Below, piece by piece: positions 47,958-58,300 of a DNA stretch of 63,183 nucleotides. The stretch covers positions 1-63,183 of the IMG/VR virus record IMGVR_UViG_3300035181_001095; one strand, written 5' to 3'. The notes beneath the pieces were generated by a model that had not been told where the DNA came from, did not search any database, and saw only the letters and a list, made by a program, of their open reading frames with translations. The translations under genes were made by a program, and so were the position numbers. The DNA comes from a virus (taxonomy: Duplodnaviria > Caudoviricetes). The stretch's first letter is position 1; each line of letters begins with the position of its first letter.

Positions 47958-48636
47958 TAATAATATTCTTACGGCTGATGAGTTATATCGGTTGATTGTA
48001 GATAATATCAAAATATCTTCTACCAGAGGCAACGATTTTTCAGTCTTAAATGCTTCTTTACTTTATAATATATGCCCACGAGGATGTCATTTAATTTATA
48101 ATAATAAATTACTGGTTCATCAACAAGAAAAATCCATAGATGATAGTTTGAAATTAGTATTCAAATTAGGTTGGAAAATAGAAGAAATTATAAATGAAGC
48201 ACTACTACAATATCATATCAATGTGCCTTTACTGTCATATAAAATAGGCGCTTTTACTATTAAAGGACATCCAGATATTATTATAGAAAACAATGGAAAA
48301 TTATATATATTAGAAATTAAATCTATGAGTTTAGAACAATTTAAACAATTAAAACAACCTATTTATAAACATGAACATCAATTATTAACATATTTATTAT
48401 TAGCAAAAAAGAATAAATTAAAGGTAACACAAGGATTTTTAGTTTACGTTTCTAAAGGACATTGGAAACCACCTATTAAAATATATCCAATGTCATTAAA
48501 TAAAACCTTTGAACAACAATTCAAACAATTTGCGAAAGGGTTATGTAGTAATACGATGCCTGACCGTGCTTGTGCTACACAAGTTCATGCAAGTTTAACA
48601 AATTGTCCTGTGAAGGATTTGTGTTTTGCTGTATGA
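47944..48636 (+). CDS. Cas4-like PD-(D/E)XK exonuclease
   Basis: AS....CPR, G.PD, LEIKS, Q...Y, C-terminal C...CP....C (Fe-S). Confidence 0.8.
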   Translation: MTHTDNNILTADELYRLIVDNIKISSTRGNDFSVLNASLLYNICPRGCHLIYNNKLLVHQQEKSIDDSLKLVFKLGWKIEEIINEALLQYHINVPLLSYKIGAFTIKGHPDIIIENNGKLYILEIKSMSLEQFKQLKQPIYKHEHQLLTYLLLAKKNKLKVTQGFLVYVSKGHWKPPIKIYPMSLNKTFEQQFKQFAKGLCSNTMPDRACATQVHASLTNCPVKDLCFAV

Positions 48637-49037
48637 GTATAAAACAAATACTAAAAATCGAGTCTAATAAAAGATTACAATATCATCTTAATTTATATAA
48701 ATCATTATTAAATGGTGATATATATAAATATGGAATATTATTAAAAAATTTTTTTGTTAAACGAATTGAATTAAAATGGGATAATATTCTTATACAAAAA
48801 TTTCAGAAATTAAAAGAAAGTATTAACCCTCGGAAACCTATTATTATCATTCATTTACCACGCCATAAACATTCCGAGGATATTGTTTTAATTGAATTGA
48901 AAGATTTTATTGAAATGTTCAAATTTTATACAGAAAGGGGAAAATCAAATGGAGTGTCTGGAGATAACAGCACAACAAATTCCACAACTATTCAAGAACA
49001 GTCATTTAATTACGATGGACGTGGAATGGACGCCTGA
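48633..49037 (+). CDS. Hypothetical protein, possible degenerate resolvase-like
   Basis: IELK...KPIIII......D.V.I.L.DF. Confidence 0.4.
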   Translation: MSIKQILKIESNKRLQYHLNLYKSLLNGDIYKYGILLKNFFVKRIELKWDNILIQKFQKLKESINPRKPIIIIHLPRHKHSEDIVLIELKDFIEMFKFYTERGKSNGVSGDNSTTNSTTIQEQSFNYDGRGMDA

Positions 49038-50772
49038 TAATCTACTATGTATATCCTTAACTGATAACCATGATAAAGGGTATGTCTATTTTTTTCAAAA
49101 CAATATTATTCCGGATGAGTTAAAGGCGCTTTTAGAAAATCCCAAAGTTAAAAAGGTTGTTGCTAATCGTCCTGCAGACGAACAAAAGCTGTTACAATAC
49201 GGCTGTAAAGTTATAGGTATTATTAACGATGTCTTTTTAATGGGGCATATTGTTGATGAGAACATTCCAAAATTCTCATTGAATGCACTTGTTGAAGAGC
49301 ATTTAGGCATTGTAAACATGAAAGCCGCAGCTCAAGGTAAGCGCCATAAATTAGATGAATTATCACCTGACCAATTAGTAGTTTATTCAGGTCAAGATGC
49401 GGCCTTAACCCATCAGTTATTTGAAAAATTAAAATCTTATATTCTTAAAGATAAAAAATTATTAAATTATTATCAACATTTTTTACAACCTATTTCTAAT
49501 TTATTGCCTGTATTACAACAATATGGGTGTCATATTGAGATTTCAAAACTTAAAGAAAATGAACATAAGTTACAAAACATGGCACAAGAAAAAATTGATA
49601 ATGCCTTAAATTTAATTCCAGATACTATTAAATATAAGTATAGAGATAATTGTAGTTTAACTCGTAATGCTTTATTGGTAGATTATTTATTTACACATTC
49701 AGATGGATTACGATTAAAACCACAAATATTTACTGAAAAAACAAATACGCCTGCTGTATCCGAAGCACATTTGAAACAGTTTAAGAATAAACCTTTTGTT
49801 AAACATTTATTAGATTTCAAGAAAATACACAAAATATTGAATACTTATATTACTCCAATGTATGAATATATTGCTAATGATGGTAGAGTATATCCTGATT
49901 TATTTTTATATCGCACAGTAACAGGACGCACCGCTATGTCTAATCCTCCTATTCAACAGATACCACAACGAGGGTCAGCATATGTTGATTTAGTACGAGA
50001 GTTGTTTGTAGCAGATGACAATTGGTCAATGGTATCAGTTGATTTAAGCCAAAGTGAATTGCGTATTATGGCATGGCTTGCTAATGAACCGAATATGTTA
50101 AATGCGTATAATAATGGTATTGACCTCCATAAATTAACTGCCAGTTTAGTTATGAATAAGCCCTTAACTGAAATTGGTAAACCAGAACGCCAGGCTGCTA
50201 AAAGTATTAACTTTGGATTTATTTATGGTATGGCGGCCAAAACCTTTGTGACTTATGCTAAAGAAACCTATGGATTATCCATTACCCAAAAAGAGGCTGA
50301 AACATTTAGGGAAAGATATTTCGATGCGTATCCTAATGTTTTACGATACCATCATGATGTTATAAATTTTGTGCGGCGAAATGGATATATTAGTTCACCA
50401 TTATGCAGAATAAGACATCTCCCAGAAGTAAATTCTAATAATCCAGCATTGCAATCCAGTGCTTTTCGACAAGCTATTAACTTTAGGATTCAAAGTTTTT
50501 CATCAGATTTAGGTTTATTAGGAATGTATCTATTCTATCAACAGTATAAAGATAATCCAAAGTTAAAAGATAAAGTTAAATTATTATGGTTTATACATGA
50601 TGCAATTTGTTTCCAGGCACATGATGATGTTTTACAAGAAGCCGTTGAGTTAGCTCAAGTTTGTTTAGCTGAAGAAACCAAAAAATATATTAAAAAATAT
50701 TTTAATGTTGATGTTGCATACCCTATTGAAAGTGAAGCTAAAATTGGTAAATCCTGGGCTTTGTTAAAATGA
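48949..50772 (+). CDS. polA: DNA polymerase family A with 3'-5' exonuclease
   Basis: D.E exo I, Y...D exo III, TGR...NP..QQIP, DLSQ.ELR, R..AK.INFG.IYG (Phe762 type), HD. Confidence 0.95.
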   Translation: MECLEITAQQIPQLFKNSHLITMDVEWTPDNLLCISLTDNHDKGYVYFFQNNIIPDELKALLENPKVKKVVANRPADEQKLLQYGCKVIGIINDVFLMGHIVDENIPKFSLNALVEEHLGIVNMKAAAQGKRHKLDELSPDQLVVYSGQDAALTHQLFEKLKSYILKDKKLLNYYQHFLQPISNLLPVLQQYGCHIEISKLKENEHKLQNMAQEKIDNALNLIPDTIKYKYRDNCSLTRNALLVDYLFTHSDGLRLKPQIFTEKTNTPAVSEAHLKQFKNKPFVKHLLDFKKIHKILNTYITPMYEYIANDGRVYPDLFLYRTVTGRTAMSNPPIQQIPQRGSAYVDLVRELFVADDNWSMVSVDLSQSELRIMAWLANEPNMLNAYNNGIDLHKLTASLVMNKPLTEIGKPERQAAKSINFGFIYGMAAKTFVTYAKETYGLSITQKEAETFRERYFDAYPNVLRYHHDVINFVRRNGYISSPLCRIRHLPEVNSNNPALQSSAFRQAINFRIQSFSSDLGLLGMYLFYQQYKDNPKLKDKVKLLWFIHDAICFQAHDDVLQEAVELAQVCLAEETKKYIKKYFNVDVAYPIESEAKIGKSWALLK

Positions 50773-50803
50773 AAACGTTTTCATTTTTGGGAAAGGAGAT
50801 ATT

Positions 50804-51322
50804 ATGTCTAAATTATTGGCATTAGATTTAGGTTTATCTTTTACTGGATGGTCTTTATTTCTTGATGATAATTTGGTAAATTGTGGTTGTATCCATAATC
50901 CTGAACAAACAAACGTTAAAACTAAACAATTAGCTACGTTTTATAAATCACAATATTTATATAGCAAGTTATCGGATTTAATAACAACAACAGCGGTTAA
51001 AAGTATTATTTGTGAAATGCCTACTGGAGGCAGTAAGAGTGCTATTGCTTTATCTTCCATGAGTATGTCAAATGCTGTGCTCGCAAGTTTAGTAATGCAA
51101 TATCAATTAACGTTATATAAAGTTACACCGAGGCGTATAAAAACTATTACTTGTAATAATTCAAAAGCAACAAAAGATGATATGATGAATCAAATTAAGT
51201 ATTTATACCCATCATTACCTAAAATCCCTAAAAAATACTTTGAACATATTGCAGATAGTATCGGCGCTTTTTTAACTTATAAAAGCAATTGTTTTACGGA
51301 GGTTCCAAATGTTTTTGCATAA
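50804..51322 (+). CDS. ruvC: RuvC-like Holliday junction resolvase
   Basis: LALD.G...TGW, ICE, P..IK......A.K..M, AD. Confidence 0.85.
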   Translation: MSKLLALDLGLSFTGWSLFLDDNLVNCGCIHNPEQTNVKTKQLATFYKSQYLYSKLSDLITTTAVKSIICEMPTGGSKSAIALSSMSMSNAVLASLVMQYQLTLYKVTPRRIKTITCNNSKATKDDMMNQIKYLYPSLPKIPKKYFEHIADSIGAFLTYKSNCFTEVPNVFA

Positions 51323-51974
51323 TATTAAAGCCAGAGATATTCCTGATGCTTGGTTTCAGGTTTTGTATTATCTATTGGCTAAAGGACGTCGATATACTAT
51401 TGAACGAGGTAGTTATGAAGGACAACAACGAATTGAATATGATTATATAACACTACATATAACTTATCCAAACACACGACCATTGTTACCAGATATTCCA
51501 CCTGGCTTACCTATACCAGTTCCAGCATCAGAAGAGTATTTACAAAAATATGTGGCTTACTTAATGACCTCCGAAAAGCAAGAAAATGAACAATATACAT
51601 ATGGTGAATTTATTGAGCCACAGTTATCGGAAGTTATAACCATGCTAAAGAAAACACCAAATACTAATCAAGCCTGTATAAATATCGGAGATGTTAATTC
51701 TGTAACCTTGGAACACCCACCATGTTTACGATTATTAGATTTTAGAATTCAAGATGATAAATTACATTTAATTTGTTATTTCAGGTCATGGGATGCTTGG
51801 GGTGGATTGCCAGTAAATTTAGCTGGTTTACAAATGCTCAAAGAATTTATAGCCGAAGAGGTTGGTGTAAATGATGGTGAAATCATCGCTTCAAGCAAAG
51901 GCCTTCATGTATATGGATTTGTTGAAGAATTTGTAAAGCAACGAGTTGGAAGAAATATATTAAAAGATTTTTAA
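51309..51974 (+). CDS. thyA: Thymidylate synthase family protein (short type)
   Basis: YTYG, PPCL, FRSWD...G.P.N, LHVY. Confidence 0.85.
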   Translation: MFLHNIKARDIPDAWFQVLYYLLAKGRRYTIERGSYEGQQRIEYDYITLHITYPNTRPLLPDIPPGLPIPVPASEEYLQKYVAYLMTSEKQENEQYTYGEFIEPQLSEVITMLKKTPNTNQACINIGDVNSVTLEHPPCLRLLDFRIQDDKLHLICYFRSWDAWGGLPVNLAGLQMLKEFIAEEVGVNDGEIIASSKGLHVYGFVEEFVKQRVGRNILKDF

Positions 51975-51999
51975 GTTAAATGAAAGGATTAAAAAGAAC

Positions 52000-52899
52000 A
52001 TGAAACGAGATATATTACGAGCGCCTATCCAATGGTTTGGAGGTAAAGGTAGAATGATAACTAAACTTATGCGCCATGTTCCATTAGGGGGTAAACCATA
52101 TTGTGAACCTTTTATGGGTGCTGCCAGTTTATTCTTTGCAAGACCACCTGCACCAGTAGAAGTTTTGAATGATACAGATGGAGACCTTGTTAATTTATTT
52201 AGATGTCTTCAAGATAAAAATACATTCGATGAATTAGCGCATAAGTTACGCTATACACTTTATGCACGAGCGGAATATATTAAATCAATTGAGATATTAC
52301 AAGATAAATCAATCACAGATAAGGTAATACGTGCTTGGGCGTTTTTTGTTAAACTTAACATGGGCATAAGCAATATAGCAAATTCTGCTGGTAGCTGGAG
52401 TAGAGCTTTTGTAAGTAAAAGAGATTGTGCGTGTAATACAAATTCTTGGATTATGCGGCTAACAATGTTAGAAGATTGGCACAAACGTTTGCTTATGGCA
52501 CAGATTGATAACAGAGATGCTTTAGAAGTTATTAAGTATTGGGATACAGATGAAGCTATATTTTACATAGACCCACCTTATATTCATGACACAAGGAAAT
52601 CTAAAAATGTTTACAATCAAGAATTAACTAATAAGTATCATCAAAATTTAGTTCAAATTATTGTAGATTGTAAAGGTGCTGTAATAGTATCTGGATATGA
52701 ACATGAAATTTACAAGCCATTACTTGATGCTGGTTGGAGTTGCACTAAATACAATACTGCTTGTCATGCTGTTTGTAAAACCCGAAATTCTAAATTACAA
52801 GGTAACAATTCTGTTATGCAGCATGTTCCAAGAACTGAATGTGTTTATTCTAATCCTAAAGCTGTTCATTTAATAAAACATATGAAAGGAGATTTATAA
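52000..52899 (+). CDS. Dam-family (D12 class) N6-adenine methyltransferase
   Basis: W.GGK, EPF.G, EVLND, FYIDPPY. Confidence 0.92.
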   Translation: MKRDILRAPIQWFGGKGRMITKLMRHVPLGGKPYCEPFMGAASLFFARPPAPVEVLNDTDGDLVNLFRCLQDKNTFDELAHKLRYTLYARAEYIKSIEILQDKSITDKVIRAWAFFVKLNMGISNIANSAGSWSRAFVSKRDCACNTNSWIMRLTMLEDWHKRLLMAQIDNRDALEVIKYWDTDEAIFYIDPPYIHDTRKSKNVYNQELTNKYHQNLVQIIVDCKGAVIVSGYEHEIYKPLLDAGWSCTKYNTACHAVCKTRNSKLQGNNSVMQHVPRTECVYSNPKAVHLIKHMKGDL

Positions 52900-52901
52900 A
52901 A

Positions 52902-55037
52902 ATGAAATTGTCTGACACGGCAGAGAAAGTGTTAATGGAAAGATATTATCGTAGGGATAAGCAAGGTAGAATTATGGAAGATTGGGAACAGCTTTGCTAT
53001 CGGGTTGCTCACATTGTCAATCATAAAATTGATAACCAATGGTTGACACAACAAGTATTTAACGAGATTTATAATTTAAGATTTTTGCCTAATTCACCTA
53101 CCTTAATGAATGCTGGCACAAATGTTGGGCAGCTATCAGCATGTTTTGTTTTACCCATTGAAGATAACATGGATAGTATTTTTACGACTTTGAAAAATAC
53201 AGCTTTGATTCATAAGACAGGTGGTGGTACGGGATTTGATTTTAGTAAATTGCGGCCTAAAGGTTCAATGGTGAGTTCAACCCATGGTGTGGCAAGTGGT
53301 GTTATTTCTTTCATGTCTATTTTTGATGCAGCCACTGGTGAGATAAAACAAGGTGGTAGGCGTAGAGGCGCTAACATGGGGGTCTTGTCTATTAGACATC
53401 CTGAAATAAAGGAATTTATAACCGTAAAATCTGATTTAAACAAGCTCAATAACTTCAATATCTCTGTAATGATACCTGATGCTTTCATCAAAGCGGTTAA
53501 AGAAAAAAAGTCATGGTCTTTAGTAGACCCTAATACAGGTAAAATAGTTGAAGAAGTTGATGCCAATGAATTATTCAATATGATAGCTGAACAGGCTTGG
53601 AAAACAGGTGAACCAGGTGTGTTGTTTTATGATACAATCAATAATTATGCTCCAGCTTCAATTAGACCTATAACCGCTACAAATCCGTGTGGTGAGTTGC
53701 CGTTGCCACCATATGGGTCGTGCAATCTGGGTTCTATAAATGTATCAAAATTTATCAATAAAGACAAAACAGATTTTGATTATGAAAACTTAAGACATAC
53801 TGTTGAAATAGCTGTTGATTTCCTTGATTGTGTTATTGACGCAAACAAATATCCATTACCTCAAATAGAAGAGGTAACCAAGAAACACAGGATGATTGGG
53901 CTTGGCATAATGGGATTTGCTGATGCTTTGATACAGTTAGGCATACCATATGATTCTACGGAAGCGTTAGAAAAAGCTCATGAGCTTATGTATGCTATTA
54001 CATCATATGCTAACAATGAAAGTAGCATATTAGGGCATTCTCATGGTTGTATATATAAAAATAAACGTAATACAACACTTACTTGTATAGCACCAACAGG
54101 TACTCTATCAATGATTGCGAATTGTTCTTCTGGAATTGAACCTCTGTTCGCTTTGAGCTATACAAAGAATGTAATGGACGGTAAAAGTTTTACATATATC
54201 AATGAGTATTTGCTTGCGAAATTAAAAGAATTAAATTTGGATAAAGCAAAAATAATAAATGAGATAAAGCGGACAGGTAGTATTCAGCACATCAAAGAAA
54301 TCCCTGGTGATATTAAAAGGATTTTTGTAACTGCTTTAGATATATACTATACAGAACATATAAAAATGCAAGCAACATTTCAAACACTTGTTGATAGTTC
54401 TATATCTAAAACAATTAACTTTAGAAATAATATGACTATTAAAGATGTTAAAAATGCTATTCTTATGGCACATGAATGGGGCTGTAAGGGCATCACAGTT
54501 TATAGGGATGGGTCACGATTAAATCAAGTGTTGACTGTAACTGGAACTAAAAAAGAAGATACTGTAAAGATTGAACCACCTCAAGCGGAATCAATTTTGC
54601 AAGAGAGGCCAACTAAATTGGAAGGTATAACAAAAAGAGTAAAGACTGGTTGTGGTAATTTTTACATTACAATTAACAAGATTGATGATAAACCTGTTGA
54701 AGTATTGAGTCATATAGGTAAAGCAGGAGGATGTGCCATATGTCAAGGTGAAGCAGTTTGTAGGTTAGTTTCGCTTGGCTTAAGAGCAGGTATAGGACCT
54801 GATAGAATTATTAAACAGTTACATGGTATTAGGTGTCCTTCACCTATATGGTATGAAGGTGGCCAAATTTTATCATGTCCTGATGCGATTGCTACTGCAT
54901 TGAAAGAAGAATTTAATATAGATGTTAAATCACCACAGCCTGTGGGTCAGATTCCTTGCCCTGAATGTGGGGCTGATATGAAACCTGACAGCGGCTGTTT
55001 TGTTTGTTCAGTATGTGGATATTCAAAATGTAATTAG
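52902..55037 (+). CDS. nrdJ: Class II (B12-dependent) ribonucleotide reductase with C-terminal TSCPD/Zn-ribbon domain
   Basis: PNSPTLMNAG, SACF, TNPCGE, CNLGS, IAPTG, ISKTIN, SCPD, CPECG...C..CGYSKC; no NrdB gene. Confidence 0.93.
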   Translation: MKLSDTAEKVLMERYYRRDKQGRIMEDWEQLCYRVAHIVNHKIDNQWLTQQVFNEIYNLRFLPNSPTLMNAGTNVGQLSACFVLPIEDNMDSIFTTLKNTALIHKTGGGTGFDFSKLRPKGSMVSSTHGVASGVISFMSIFDAATGEIKQGGRRRGANMGVLSIRHPEIKEFITVKSDLNKLNNFNISVMIPDAFIKAVKEKKSWSLVDPNTGKIVEEVDANELFNMIAEQAWKTGEPGVLFYDTINNYAPASIRPITATNPCGELPLPPYGSCNLGSINVSKFINKDKTDFDYENLRHTVEIAVDFLDCVIDANKYPLPQIEEVTKKHRMIGLGIMGFADALIQLGIPYDSTEALEKAHELMYAITSYANNESSILGHSHGCIYKNKRNTTLTCIAPTGTLSMIANCSSGIEPLFALSYTKNVMDGKSFTYINEYLLAKLKELNLDKAKIINEIKRTGSIQHIKEIPGDIKRIFVTALDIYYTEHIKMQATFQTLVDSSISKTINFRNNMTIKDVKNAILMAHEWGCKGITVYRDGSRLNQVLTVTGTKKEDTVKIEPPQAESILQERPTKLEGITKRVKTGCGNFYITINKIDDKPVEVLSHIGKAGGCAICQGEAVCRLVSLGLRAGIGPDRIIKQLHGIRCPSPIWYEGGQILSCPDAIATALKEEFNIDVKSPQPVGQIPCPECGADMKPDSGCFVCSVCGYSKCN

Positions 55038-55051
55038 AGGAAATTGATACA

Positions 55052-55327
55052 ATGGATGATTTAAGCCAACAAATACAACAGGATTTTTTGAATGGTGAAA
55101 AAGCATCTCAAATTCGTAAAACTTATCAAATAGGTAAACAACGATTAGAGAAGATTTTGTGCCAAATACCTAATGAACAAATAACTACATGGAGATATTA
55201 CCCTGTTGCCAAAGACCAGATAATTAGTTTTTGGCAACAGGGATATAGATTAAGTCAAATTACCTGTATGACAGGATACCCAATAATTCTTTGTGAAAAA
55301 GTATTAAAGTATAATAAAGTTTTTTAA
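55052..55327 (+). CDS. Small double-HTH-like protein
   Basis: G....QI...Y.I and G....QI...TG repeats. Confidence 0.45.
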   Translation: MDDLSQQIQQDFLNGEKASQIRKTYQIGKQRLEKILCQIPNEQITTWRYYPVAKDQIISFWQQGYRLSQITCMTGYPIILCEKVLKYNKVF

Positions 55328-58300
55328 TCTGTTTCGTCAGCATTCGCCAGAAGGATGCCAAGTTTGGATGGTTTGCCAGATGCTCGTTTCAGAGTTTGTT
55401 TGATTGTATTCATTGTAATAAGAGGAATAACACCACCATATTTGGCAGCCTTCTGGTTGTATCTTGTAACATCATTTGTAATAATTTGGCGAATAGCATT
55501 CTCATCAGGAGCCCAACGTAACTTATCATAAATTGTATTTCTTTGTTCATCATATAATTTCTTTGTAGTATCAGCGGCTAATTTTGCTTCTGTTTCTTTT
55601 ACAGGTCGAATTGGTCTTAACCCTAATCCTGCAAGTACAGCTTCAGAGCCTGTGTATTTAATTGGTTGCCCATAAACATCTGTAACAACATTTCCATATT
55701 TTGTGAGTAAAGGTTTATTTTCAGCATAATTTGAATATGCGGATACAGCTTTTGAAAGTGATGGTGGGGCTATTCCCAAGAACATGTTTTTGAAATCACC
55801 TCGTTGTACTGCTCTATAAAGAGCCTCTGTATCCGATGATGTTCCACGCCATACACCAAATAATGTATTCATTAAACTGGGTATAGATAAATCATCAGGT
55901 ATTAAGCCAACAGACAACGATGTTGATATATCAGAGCCTAATAATGATGGTGCTCCATAGGTCAAGACATCTGCTCCTGTTTGCCCAACATGTTTTTGTA
56001 ATGTTTTATAGAACGCTTGTTTAGTATCTTTATCATCATCTGTAATCCATTGAAATGCTTTTAATATTTGGGTTACAAAAGGCACAGCTAAAGCACCACC
56101 AAACAGAGTTGTATATAAACCATTTGCCAATAATTTATCAAAATAAACTTTATTTTGTTCATTCCTGATAGTTTTATATAACCAACCTAAATAATTTACT
56201 TCATATCCTCGTAAAGTTAACATTGATGATACTATAGGATTTTTGAGAGCGATTAGTGGTTTATTAACTTTTGAAAAGATAAAAAACGCATTATCATTAT
56301 ATTTAGTACCAAAGTTTATAGCGTCCTCATTTGATAACCCTTTTTGTTTAGCCAACCGATATGCCATTAAAGCACCCATTTTACGACTTGCTAATTCCAT
56401 AGATTGCATAGGAGCCATTAAAGAAGTAAAGAGACTATGTAAATATGATGGCAAAATCATGGATGCTTCATTTCGTATTTGTGAAACAAAAGTATTTGCT
56501 GCTACACTGGTGCCTAAAATTTTATCTAATGCGTTTTGTTCTTCTGGATTTATTGTATCTAATCGCATTAAATTTTTAAGAAGTGACCAAGAACTTTGTG
56601 ATAGTCCACTTAATGCTTTTATATTGGCATTAACAAAATCCATACCTGATGTGCGTTCTGGTTTATATTGCCGCAAAGCATCCGCTTCAGCATTCATAAA
56701 ACCAAGAATTTCAGGCAGACCTACTGTAAATGGTTGTGTTAACTGTGATAAAGCACTTTTAAGACTCATACCTAACATACGCACAGTTAAAAATGTCTTT
56801 ATTGTTGCAGTTGCTTTATCAAGTACGCTGGCTGGTTTTAACATTGCTCCAGTATATTCGTTATAATATTTGAAAAGTTGTGTATCATTTTGTAACTGAT
56901 GTCTAACATCAGGACTATTTAGATATGCTTGTAATTGACTTGTGGCCGTGAGTCTTGCAATGCTATTTGACATTGCTGGTAAATAAGTAGAAATAACCTT
57001 TGGAAGATTTTTTTCAAATCCTTCTACAAGATTTTCTTGGCGCTGAATGAAACGAGATGTTGCAAAACCTCTACTCATAAAATCATTTTGTATATCACTC
57101 TGAATCATTGATATTAGTTTATCAATAGCCTTTTCATCAACAGGATGTTCTTGCTTTAGTCTTTCAGTCATATACTCAAGATACTGTTGCACAGCTGTAT
57201 TAGTAGTTCCTTCATATAATGAAGATACATTATTTGGATTTTTTGCTTTTACAATAACAATATCATTGTCTTTAACATTTCGTGGTAATTCATCAACAAT
57301 ACGCCCATTATATTGGGTTTGTAACCTCTTCATTATTTTAGCGGCTTGATAATGACCACCTGTTTGTGTGATTGTAGTAGGAGTATGCTCTCTATGTAAT
57401 TCAGCCCAGTATGATTTTGTAGTACCATCAGGGTATTGTTCATTAACCCCTTGGTAAACTTTAATAGCCCATTCGCCACGTTGCCGTAAACGAGGGGTAT
57501 AAAATTTATCAGCTGCTGTATAAGCATTAATTTGGTCATCAAAAGGTTTAATTTTGCTTAACGCATGCCCAATAAATTGATTAACAGTCTCATCTTCTTT
57601 TATATTAAATTCTTTTGGGATGACAATAGGGTTGTCTCTTAAAGAATCACTATTTTGAGCTATCCATTCAACCAAATGTTTCCGAGCATTATCAGATAAA
57701 TTAGCATATTCAGGCGTATTACTCAAAGCATAAATCACAGAATTTTTTAATGCAGTGAAATATTCGGTAGCCATTTTATCAAAAAATTGTTTGGTTTGGT
57801 GATAAATGTTAATTTCATCATTAGTTAATTTATATTTATTTTTTAATGTATTGTTATCTAATAATTTACCTTGAGCATCACTATCCCAGACGGCCTTTGC
57901 AAACATTGGGTTTTTAACATTTTCAATATCCCTATAAAATTGTTTGAATGCTGCTATGAGTAAATTACTTCTTTCCTCTGATGTTTTAAAAATGTTAAAC
58001 AATGATTTAATAACAGGATGATTGAACCATTGAGAACTAAGAAACATCCTGGCGAATGAGCTTAAACGTTTATCTCCTTTAAGAGAATCAACAACATGTT
58101 TAATAATACTAAATTGTGTAGGAACTATATCATCTTTATCAACAGAAAAACCAAGTGCTTTAAGTTGTTTAGTTTCAAATTCGTTTTGAGCTTTTCTAAA
58201 ATCTGCAAAAATAGACCTATCTTTATTTTTTTGTATAGCCTCAAAAATATCATCAGCATTATTAAAACCTAATCCGTTTATAGCGTTATTTACTCTTTCA

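Noticed and set aside
47944-48636. Cas4-like gene as part of a CRISPR-Cas system
   Set aside because: Stand-alone in the replication/recombination operon, as is common in phages; no cas1/cas2 or array
56243-56866. 207-aa plus-strand ORF and similar antisense ORFs (e.g. 23631-24125, 53210-53578)
   Set aside because: Fully antisense to well-supported genes; expected shadow frames
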